Numbered from the stretch's first letter, positions 1-6,746 are shown. The stretch: DNA of 17,671 nt from Gemmatimonadota bacterium (GCA_039588295.1 JBDHAB010000053.1:1-17671); one strand, 5' to 3'. Numbers and translations: made by a program. The notes: a model not told the origin generated them from the sequence alone.

Positions 1-651
1 TGGACGGTGCTCGACAGGCTGTGCCGAGTCACGATCTCACGTTTCTACCGGGACAAGGAGGTCTTCCGGTTCCTCGGCGGCGAAGTCCTACCCGAGCTGG
101 CACGACAGGCACTGGCGCGGCGCGACCGCACGCTGAGGCTCTGGAGCGCGGGGTGCGGCTCGGGCGAGGAGCCGTACACACTGGTGCTCCTCTGGAAGTT
201 CGAACTCCAGTCCCGCTTTCCTGACCTCGACCTCCACATCCTGGCCACCGACTCCGATCCGACCTTGATCCGCCGAGCGGAGGAGGCGCTGCACTCAGCG
301 AGCAGTCTGAAGAACTTGCCTCCGGAGTGGAGAGAGGCTGCGTTCGTGGAAGTCGCCGGGGGTTACGTCCTGCGACCGGAGTTCAGAACCTCAGTGGACC
401 TCCACTGCCAGGATCTCCGCAAGACAGTTGCGGCGGGTCCGTTCGACCTTGTGCTCTGTCGCAATCTGGCGTTCACGTACTGGGACCTTGGGCTGCAGAC
501 CCACGTGGCCCGGAGGATTCGCGACGTGCTGACTCCAGGAGGTGCTCTGGCAGTCGGTGCGCACGAGGCGCTGCCGGCAAGCGTGGACAGGGTAGTTCCG
601 TGGGAGCAGGGACACGGGATATACCGCCGGCCTGCTCACCCGCCCGCGTAG
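1..651 (+). CDS. cheR: CheR-family protein-glutamate O-methyltransferase (5'-partial, runs off window start)
   Basis: Frame open from base 1 (WTVLDRLCRVTISRFYRD). CheR motifs TISRFYRD, RLWSAGCGSGEEPYTL, ILATD and FDLVLCRNL; stop TAG 649-651. Confidence 0.9.
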   Translation, partial: WTVLDRLCRVTISRFYRDKEVFRFLGGEVLPELARQALARRDRTLRLWSAGCGSGEEPYTLVLLWKFELQSRFPDLDLHILATDSDPTLIRRAEEALHSASSLKNLPPEWREAAFVEVAGGYVLRPEFRTSVDLHCQDLRKTVAAGPFDLVLCRNLAFTYWDLGLQTHVARRIRDVLTPGGALAVGAHEALPASVDRVVPWEQGHGIYRRPAHPPA

Positions 652-719
652 TCCGTGCGCGCGCTAGGCTGCGGTTCTTGTTTGGTGAGAAACAGTATGC
701 GAGTTGTCGGAATGGGCGC

Positions 720-752
720 GTGTGGCGCTGCCCGACGTGTGGGTTCGTGGCG
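720..752 (+). repeat. Dispersed repeat A, copy 1 (33 bp)
   Basis: gtgtggcgctgcccgacgtgtgggttcgtggcg matches 3531-3563 at 29/33 positions. Confidence 0.85.
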
Positions 753-865
753 TGTTCAGGTGATTGGGGGGGAGGGGGTACCCCGCCCCGGTCGGGAGCG
801 CTTGGGTTTTCGCTAGCCTACGCGGCCAATAGGTACCATCCCACAGAGCGCGACCCGATTCTATG

Positions 866-893
866 CAACGGAAAGCTTCGAACGCCGCGTGAC
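866..893 (+). repeat. Direct repeat B, copy 1 (28 bp), upstream of the MBL gene
   Basis: caacggaaagcttcgaacgccgcgtgac matches 1737-1764 at 25/28 positions. Confidence 0.85.
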
Positions 894-1058
894 TAGGTCG
901 TACCGCAGGCCAAGAACCTTGCCGATCGCCGTCGCGATTCGCAGGTTGGGATACCACGTGGCCATCGACTTGAACGCCGAGGGTGTTGGCGAGCTTCCAG
1001 TGGCGATGGAGTCACTAGCGAAAGTGTTCCATGCCAGCAACCCGCATCGGTGAAACTA

Positions 1059-1715
1059 ATGAAACTGATCTTCGAACAAATCCGAACCGGCGGTGACAGG
1101 AATCTCGCGTACCTTATCGGCGACCGAGAGGCCGAAGTCGCTGCGCTGGTAGATCCTTCCTACGATCCAAAAGCGGTGGTCCGTCGAGCAGAGGCGCAAG
1201 GCCTGCGTACCGAGTACATCATCAATACCCACGGCCATGCCGATCACACGAACGGCAACTCGAAGGCCAAGAAGCTCACCGGGGCCCGGATCGTCGCCTA
1301 TCAGGGCTCAATCGTGCAACCCGACGTGCCGGCTCATGACGGCCAGGTTCTGGATCTCGGTTCCCTATCCCTCGAACTGATCCACGTCCCGGGTCACTCC
1401 GACGATCATGTCGTTGTCTACTTGGAGCAACAGCAGATCGCCATCACCGGCGATCATCTGTTCGTTGGGAAAGTCGGTGGCACGGCCACGGAGCGAGCGG
1501 CGCGGGATGAGTACGACAGTCTACAGAAGATCCTCGACAGATTCTCCAACAACGTGACCGTATGGCCGGGGCATGATTACGGGTGCAGACCTTCGTCCAC
1601 CGTGGCGCTTGAGAAGGCAACGAATCCCTTTCTCCTCAGGATGAGCAGCATCGATGCCTTCCTGACGCTCAAGCGCGAGTGGGCGGCCTTCAAGGCGGAG
1701 AACGGATTGAGGTAG
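1059..1715 (+). CDS. MBL-fold metallo-hydrolase (glyoxalase II / persulfide dioxygenase-like)
   Basis: Metal-binding motifs THGHADH, PGHS, TGDHLFVG and WPGHDYG, plus the C-terminal EKxxNPFL. Start ATG 1059, or GTG 1050. Confidence 0.9.
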   Translation: MKLIFEQIRTGGDRNLAYLIGDREAEVAALVDPSYDPKAVVRRAEAQGLRTEYIINTHGHADHTNGNSKAKKLTGARIVAYQGSIVQPDVPAHDGQVLDLGSLSLELIHVPGHSDDHVVVYLEQQQIAITGDHLFVGKVGGTATERAARDEYDSLQKILDRFSNNVTVWPGHDYGCRPSSTVALEKATNPFLLRMSSIDAFLTLKREWAAFKAENGLR

Positions 1716-1736
1716 AAAAGGCCTCTCACCGCAGCC

Positions 1737-1764
1737 CAACCGAAAGCCCCGAACGCCGCGTGAC
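1737..1764 (+). repeat. Direct repeat B, copy 2 (28 bp), downstream of the MBL gene
   Basis: caaccgaaagccccgaacgccgcgtgac; 25/28 identical to 866-893. Confidence 0.85.
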
Positions 1765-2068
1765 GCTCGGGGCTGACGCTGGTCACAAGAAGCCCAGCCG
1801 TCAGGGGGTGCCGTGCACCTCTTGCACAAGGCCGCTGGATCCATCACCTCGTCGTGGTGTGCGCAGAAATCGCCCTAGCCTGAAGCTAGTGCGTGGCAAA
1901 CAGATAGCTCTTCGGCGCGGACGAAAGAGATGGATCGCCGGCAGAGTCTGGGGACAGCGTGCCCGGTGCGCAAGCCTACCAGAAGTCCACATCAGGGAAT
2001 TCGCACTGCCTGTGTGGAGTAGGCCGGCTGTCGCGTGCCGCGTCTCCATAGCACCATCCCATAACGGT

Positions 2069-2155
2069 CCCAGTGCACGCCGCGAGCGCGAACTCCTCGA
2101 GGAGTACCGGCAAGAGCGCGGAGGCCTGCCGCGGTGCAACGAGGTCATGCCGTAG
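2069..2155 (+). pseudogene. C-terminal remnant of a paralogue of the downstream GIY-YIG-like small protein
   Basis: PSARRERELLEEYRQERGGLPRCNEVMP* aligns with PAGRVRALLEEYREAHGHVPRCNALEG* of the next gene. No matching GVY/YIG N-terminal half was seen upstream. Confidence 0.65.
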
Positions 2156-2233
2156 GCTCCAGCCACCGCAAATGTCCCAATTCGGGCACCTGCTGCCTCA
2201 AGAGCGGCCTAGGCGCTAGGCCGGCGCGCCTCG

Positions 2234-2569
2234 ATGTTACAGAGCCACCTTGCGCGAGGCGAGCCGTTGCCCATCCGAGATTCGTATCGCTGGTTTGAGG
2301 AACACAACCTGAGATGGATCCCCGACCTGCTGGGGGTCTATCAGCTCGAAACGGCCCTCGACGTGCTCTATATCGGCACGGCGGACGATATGACGCTTCG
2401 GGACGCGCTCCGGCGGCAGTACGAGCACAGGAATGGGGTGTGCGCGCGTCAGGCGAACTGGTTTCGGTACGAGGTCACGGCGGATCCGGCTGGCCGTGTG
2501 CGAGCGCTCCTGGAGGAATACCGCGAGGCACACGGCCACGTGCCCCGATGCAACGCGCTCGAGGGATAG
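2234..2569 (+). CDS. Small GIY-YIG-fold-like protein
   Basis: IPDLLGVYQL...VLYIGTA...LRDAL...LLEEY...PRCN resembles the GIY-YIG core and C-terminal PxxN. Probable start TTG 2267 (MPIRDSYRW) after a GAGG RBS. Confidence 0.65.
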   Translation: MLQSHLARGEPLPIRDSYRWFEEHNLRWIPDLLGVYQLETALDVLYIGTADDMTLRDALRRQYEHRNGVCARQANWFRYEVTADPAGRVRALLEEYREAHGHVPRCNALEG

Positions 2570-3126
2570 CCTCGGCATCACAGGCACCGGACACGGCCCG
2601 GCAGAGGCACCTAGGGCCCGTACTGCCCGCGCGCCGGCCGGAAACCCCAGGAGCCGGCCTCTCTGATCCATTCGCATTCGAAGTCGCCGTCCGGCGTCAC
2701 TCGGAGACGCTCCAGGCCATCATTTGGAGCTTCGTCCGCGACAACGACGAGGCAGAGGAGCTGCTCCAGGAGACGTGGGCGCGGGTCTACCTGCGTCGTG
2801 CTCAGTATGCCGGTCAGGGTTCACTGTCTCAGTGGATCCGGGCGATCTGCTGCAACATCTGCCTCTCGCATGTGCGACGCCGCAGCACTCTGCGGTCGAA
2901 GCTGGCATTGATTGATGGCTCACACCTGGTGTCGGACCCACCACGAGCGCCAGATGAGCACGCGGAGGTTCAAGCGCAGCTTACCCGGGTGTGCGCTGCC
3001 CTAGCCGAACTGCCCGAAGGGCAACGGCGCACCGTTGAGCTGCGGATCATTCAGGATCGCAGTGTCCGGGAGGCCGCTACCGCACTGGGGTGCCCCCACC
3101 ACTGGCTAGGGCCCGCCAGGAGTTGA
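2548..3126 (+). pseudogene. ECF (sigma-70 family) RNA polymerase sigma factor, frameshifted in region 4
   Basis: Region 2: AFEVAVRRHSETL...DEAEELLQETWARVY...LSQWIRAICCNICLSHVRR. Region 4: ALAELPEGQRRTVELRIIQDRSVREAATALGCP. The expected GTVKS is absent, and LARARQEL follows in another frame from 3102. Start codon uncertain. Confidence 0.8.
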
Positions 3127-3354
3127 TGGCGTCGTCGGACAGCCAGACGGTGAGGTCGCCTCGGCTGCGTAGGCCCGCCTCGTACTCAGGCCAATTGCAA
3201 ATCCGGTATGGAGATTTCGCGTACCTGTGTTGGCTCCGTTTCGGATACGTCATCGGTGGCGACTCCGGATCGGGGCGTCACCACCATGATGCGCCGAAAC
3301 CCGCAGCCATGCACCAACGCCCCGCTCAGCCAGAACGAAGGGGCTCGGACATCC

Positions 3355-3379
3355 CAACAAAGCGTTTGTGACTTTGTTG
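3355..3379. other. AT-rich inverted repeat (operator-like or hairpin)
   Basis: caacaaag-N9-ctttgttg, perfect 8-bp arms. Confidence 0.4.
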
Positions 3380-3530
3380 ATAGTGCGGCCCCACCGTCGC
3401 GCATCCCTCACGGGAGGCCGCGATGGACCGCATGTGCCCTTTCTGTGGCGACGTGATGACGTGTTGGGCGCAGGGCCGCTATGCGCTACAACTCTGTTTC
3501 GGTGCGGGTGCGCCGGATGAAGGGTGGGGA

Positions 3531-3563
3531 GTGTGGCGCTGCGAGACGTGTCGGTTTGTGGCG
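3531..3563 (+). repeat. Dispersed repeat A, copy 2 (33 bp)
   Basis: gtgtggcgctgcgagacgtgtcggtttgtggcg; 29/33 identical to 720-752. Confidence 0.85.
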
Positions 3564-3716
3564 GTGTCTAGGCCGTAGGCGAACCGCCGAAGCAGGGCTT
3601 CGGCCCGCGAATACCTGACGACCGTTTCGTGTACGCCTGCACCGGAGACTAACATCCTCTGCAATGCTCGCGACCGGCGGTTGCGTTCTGCTCAGTTTTG
3701 GCTGATTCCACCTAAC

Positions 3717-3767
3717 GCCTCGACGTACCGCATCAGCGCCATGTGCGCTTCGACGTAGCGCGTCACC
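3717..3767 (+). repeat. Imperfect tandem direct repeat, 21-bp unit, 30-bp period
   Basis: gcctcgacgtaccgcatcagc (3717-3737) versus gcttcgacgtagcgcgtcacc (3747-3767), 17/21 identical. Confidence 0.6.
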
Positions 3768-3843
3768 ACACACACCAGTCTGACCGTCCCATTGAATCCC
3801 GCGTCCTAACTGTGCACCGTTAGGTATCAGTCGGAGCGGTCTC

Positions 3844-4479
3844 ATGGAAAGAGAGCACCGAGGCGAGCTGGAAGCTCTGCAGGAGCATCTTTACAGCCTT
3901 GTGGACGATGACCCGATCGAGGCCATTGCGCAGGCTTCTGACCTCGTCCCTGGCGACTCAGTAGAGGCAGATCAGCTATCGGCTCTGCAGGCGTCCATCT
4001 ATGTCGATGCCGGTGCGGACACGAAGAACGTCGACGTCATTGCTCGTGGAGTACACATCTTTCGCCATCTCGTGGCGAACCTGCCTGACCGTCTCGATCT
4101 CCGGTACAATCTGGCGAACGGCCTGTCAGCAGTGGCACAGCAGCACCGCCGAAAAGGACCCCAGTGGTACCTTGAGACTGCGTTTGACCGGTGGGAGGCC
4201 CGTGCCCTCTACAGGGCCGTCGCGGAGGAGTCGACGGACGAGCCGCTCTGCTCTCGGGCCTGGGCAAACCTCGGTAACTTGCTGCAGCAGTCTTTCCGGT
4301 GGATTGAAGCGTACGAGGCTTACCTTCGCTCAATCCATGCGAATCTCAATAATGCGATAGCATTGTCCGGTGCGGCAAAGGTGTTGCGTACGTGTGCCGA
4401 CTGGCGAATTGGACCTACACGTCAACTAAGGGAGCTGGCAGAGTCGTACCTAGCACGCGCCGGTACAGCACTGCGCTGA
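3844..4479 (+). CDS. TPR-like helical-repeat protein; N-terminal part of a TPR-HEPN gene ending at an in-frame TGA
   Basis: GGAG RBS before ATG 3844. TPR-like segments LRYNLANGL and AWANLGNLLQQSFRWIEAYEAYLRSI..N..NAIAL. Same reading frame as 4522-5364. Confidence 0.75.
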   Translation: MEREHRGELEALQEHLYSLVDDDPIEAIAQASDLVPGDSVEADQLSALQASIYVDAGADTKNVDVIARGVHIFRHLVANLPDRLDLRYNLANGLSAVAQQHRRKGPQWYLETAFDRWEARALYRAVAEESTDEPLCSRAWANLGNLLQQSFRWIEAYEAYLRSIHANLNNAIALSGAAKVLRTCADWRIGPTRQLRELAESYLARAGTALR

Positions 4480-4521
4480 GGAGAGTCAGGCCTGAGACGG
4501 GCTGAAAGGGCCGTTGAGGAG

Positions 4522-5364
4522 ATGGGTGGCGACTACACTGTTGCAGCCAGAGCACCCGAGTTCCGTCATGGCGACCCGTACGTCCAGTGGGTGGCGGACA
4601 ACCATCTCGCACTTGCTCCGACGCTTGAAGGCCACCCGCCTGACGTGAAGCGCTGGGACACGCTAACGATTGCGTCGATCACAGAGGACATCGCCACACC
4701 CCACGGAGTACCTCCGATTTTCGCGATGTTCAACGTTCTCAAGGCCGACTATTTGGTGGCACGCTGGCTGGCGTACCTCGCAGAGAGCGATAAGCTCGTG
4801 GATAGCGGCTTCTACTCTGATACCTTGGACTACGCAAACTACGGAACGCATCAGAGTCTCCTGACGCTTGCACAGCGTTCCGCAGTAGACATACTGGACC
4901 GGCTAGCCGTCGCGGTCAGCGAGTACCTCGAACTTCCAGGTTCGGCACGTGACATTTACTTCCGTAGCCGATGGCATGTGATGGAAGGCCGTCAACTGAA
5001 GAAGCCCCTTCAGTGGCAACCTGAAGTGGCAAGCGAAACCGCGTTGGGGAACTTTTCTGTAATTGCCTTGGCTGAGGTAGCCGAAGACGTGGCCGCCGGT
5101 GGCTCGTTGGAAGAGCAACAATTGACTAGGCACGCAACCACGCATCGCTTTGTGATTCTTCACGACATGATGGTTGGTGGGCGAGAAAGTCCGTACATGG
5201 AGCGATGGCAACAGGATGCGTTTGGAGCACTGACACTGGACGTACTGCAACACGTTCGTGCGGCCATCATGTACTTATTGCAACTCATCACATGGCACGA
5301 ACACCATAAGCACAGTTCCGGCACGGTGGTCTTGCCGCTGGACGTTCTGCCCGATGATACGTAG
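4522..5364 (+). CDS. LA2681-family HEPN domain protein (putative RNase toxin / defence effector), C-terminal part
   Basis: MFNVLKADYLVARWL, YSDTLDYANYG, AQRSAVDILDRLA, IYF..RW and ALAEVAED, with an R-x4-H motif RHATTH (5128-5145) followed by RFVILHD. Family recognised from memory. Confidence 0.75.
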   Translation: MGGDYTVAARAPEFRHGDPYVQWVADNHLALAPTLEGHPPDVKRWDTLTIASITEDIATPHGVPPIFAMFNVLKADYLVARWLAYLAESDKLVDSGFYSDTLDYANYGTHQSLLTLAQRSAVDILDRLAVAVSEYLELPGSARDIYFRSRWHVMEGRQLKKPLQWQPEVASETALGNFSVIALAEVAEDVAAGGSLEEQQLTRHATTHRFVILHDMMVGGRESPYMERWQQDAFGALTLDVLQHVRAAIMYLLQLITWHEHHKHSSGTVVLPLDVLPDDT

Positions 5365-5527
5365 GCCTACCGCGATTCCTGTGTCGGGAGTCACAACAGT
5401 CACGCCATGAGACTTGGAGCCGGTGAATACGTGTGGCGTGGCAAGGACGACACTCCGAGTCGTGTCGGTCGAGGAGCATGTTTGGCGGCACGGAGCCTGG
5501 CCAAGGTCTCTGGTTTTCTTTCACTCT

Positions 5528-5689
5528 CGGGCTGACAAACTCGGTTGCCGCGTTCACGATACCCAATCCCACCGCGATCGCCTCAGAGGAACTTCCGTTG
5601 ATGCAGTTCCAGGCAGACGTAAGTTCGTCATAGAATCTCGGGCCAGCCTTACTGTGCGCGGTCATGCAGGCCTTGGCCTCAAGCGCCGC
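5528..5689 (-). pseudogene. Fragment of a putative PD-(D/E)XK restriction-endonuclease-like gene
   Basis: AALEAKACMTAHSKAGPRFYDELTSAWNCINGSSSEAIAVGLGIVNAATEFVSP is protein-like with an ExK motif. It has no start of its own and abuts the IS fragment. Confidence 0.4.
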
Positions 5690-5809
5690 ATCTACGCGAA
5701 CGTCGCGATTGAGGCGGCGCTGACGATCCGCATGGTCTTTCACCTTCCGCTCCGACAGACCGAAGGCTTCTTGCGATCGTTGGCAGACATGCTTGAGGTG
5801 GAGCTCCCC
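5684..5809 (+). mobile_element. IS5-family (IS903 group) transposase fragment
   Basis: RRIYANVAIEAALTIRMVFHLPLRQTEGFLRSLADMLEVELP matches the conserved IS903-group N-terminal motif (YSDxAIE..L..VF.L.LRQT.GF..S). It is cut before PDxSTLSRR; no DDE domain or terminal inverted repeats seen. Confidence 0.85.
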
Positions 5810-5839
5810 AACTCACAACACCGGGGTTCACAAAAGCAG

Positions 5840-5870
5840 AAGCCCCACAACGAAATCCGTTGCAGGGCTT
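5840..5870 (-). terminator. Intrinsic terminator-like hairpin downstream of the tRNA remnant
   Basis: Minus strand aagccctgcaacg-gattt-cgttgtggggctt followed by ctgctttt. Confidence 0.6.
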
Positions 5871-5881
5871 GCAGTTACTGA

Positions 5882-5917
5882 GTCGGGACGGTGGGATTTG
5901 AACCCACGACCCCCTGA
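5882..5917 (-). tRNA. 3' half of a tRNA gene, most likely tRNA-Pro (partial; probable att site)
   Basis: Minus strand TCAGGGGGTCGTGGGTTCAAATCCCACCGTCCCGAC gives the 3' anticodon stem, variable loop, T-arm (GTGGG-TTCAAAT-CCCAC) and acceptor strand CGTCCCG-A. No D-arm, anticodon or 5' acceptor strand upstream. Pro is inferred from the acceptor end only. Confidence 0.85.
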
Positions 5918-6072
5918 TGCGACGCCGGAGCGATGCGACGGCTCGCACGAGTGCGAGCGTCGATGTACGGGAATCGGCGCTTCCGCTCAACCCCATACCA
6001 GACAGGAACCAGATCGGCTACGACAACAAGTAGCATTTACGCGGTGTTTCGGGTGTCCTCTGTCATATGTCA

Positions 6073-6108
6073 GGTGGGGTGATACCACAGGTCGCACGTT
6101 ACCCCACC
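6073..6108 (-). terminator. Hairpin immediately downstream of the PII gene
   Basis: Inverted repeat ggtggggtga...ttaccccacc, 6 nt beyond the stop codon; no clear U-tract. Confidence 0.4.
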
Positions 6109-6114
6109 GCGGTC

Positions 6115-6465
6115 CTACTCGAGTGCTGCGAGTCCGTCGACACCAGTGCGAATCTTCGTGACGTTATACACAGGATGAATCGATACGATTCCGTCGCCGC
6201 GGTTCCCGGTACGGGCGGCCCGCACAAACAGCTCACTGAACATCTCGCATCGCTCACCGCTGCAGATGAACTGCACCATGGCCTTGTCGACGTATGCGGA
6301 TCCCTCCTCAAATCCGTACTTGGGAGACTTGGGATCCACACCGGCGCCAATCGCATGAACACGCGTTACCGTTAGCCGTGGACATCCCGAGTCCTTCACC
6401 ATTCGCACGACGCGATCCAACATCTCAATGCGCACAATCGCGCGGATCTCAACCATACCATTCAT
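6115..6465 (-). CDS. PII-family (GlnB-like) protein, non-canonical
   Basis: IRAIVR.EMLDRV, LTVTRVHAIG, ARTGNRGDGIVSIHPV and KIRTG; GGAGG RBS 6 nt before the ATG. Confidence 0.9.
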   Translation of the reverse strand: MNGMVEIRAIVRIEMLDRVVRMVKDSGCPRLTVTRVHAIGAGVDPKSPKYGFEEGSAYVDKAMVQFICSGERCEMFSELFVRAARTGNRGDGIVSIHPVYNVTKIRTGVDGLAALE

Positions 6466-6520
6466 TCTTTACCTCCCAAGCCAGCCTGCGTCGGGACCAT
6501 CACTGTCAACCATGTTCTTC

Positions 6521-6535
6521 GCAAGGGCCGGTCCA
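6521..6535 (-). promoter_or_regulatory. Candidate sigma54 -24/-12 promoter for the PII gene
   Basis: TGGACCGGCCCTTGC (GG-N10-GC, TTGC), about 55 nt upstream of the ATG. Confidence 0.55.
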
Positions 6536-6731
6536 ACAGTCGGACTGTGAGAATCCGTCGCCGTCGCGCTGGTTCGGTCCAAATTCCCCGTTTCAGTCCG
6601 GGCACACGACTGCGTGAAACACCCCACTTCCCGCGGCAAATCGCACATCGTCCACTCCCGGTCCGATGGCGTCTCGGAGACGTAGCGTTGATCGGAAGCA
6701 CGGAACACGTACCCGAGTACCGTATTCAGTT

Positions 6732-6746
6732 GGGCACGACAGCTGC
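6732..6746 (+). promoter_or_regulatory. Candidate sigma54 promoter for the truncated YHS gene
   Basis: GGGCACGACAGCTGC (GGCACG...CTGC, exact GG-N10-GC spacing). Confidence 0.55.

Noticed and set aside
327..896. ORF containing CPTCGFVAC, superficially a zinc-finger protein
   Set aside because: Mostly an off-frame shadow of cheR with no suitable start; the CxxC lies in repeat A and is treated there.
1801..1809. TCAGGGGGT, identical to the first 9 nt of the tRNA fragment
   Set aside because: Only 9 bp, opposite orientation, no T-arm follows; consistent with chance.
1894..1908. TGGCAAACAGATAGC sigma54-like motif
   Set aside because: Spacing fits, but no intact gene start follows at a suitable distance and it lies outside the island; cannot be distinguished from chance.
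3710..3825. Full integron attC bounded by ACCTAAC and GTTAGGT
   Set aside because: The R boxes are complementary, but I could not pair L boxes or the interior into the required hairpin; not called as a feature.
4477..4510. Selenocysteine codon with SECIS
   Set aside because: The TGA is in a linker with no redox-motif context, and the hairpin does not clearly match bacterial SECIS geometry; kept only as an untested alternative.
5390..5820. TCACAACA 8-bp direct repeat flanking the nuclease and IS fragments, as a possible target-site duplication
   Set aside because: No IS terminal inverted repeats adjoin either copy; an 8-mer match is plausible by chance.
5882..5960. Complete tRNA gene
   Set aside because: No 5' acceptor strand, D-arm or anticodon loop upstream on the minus strand.
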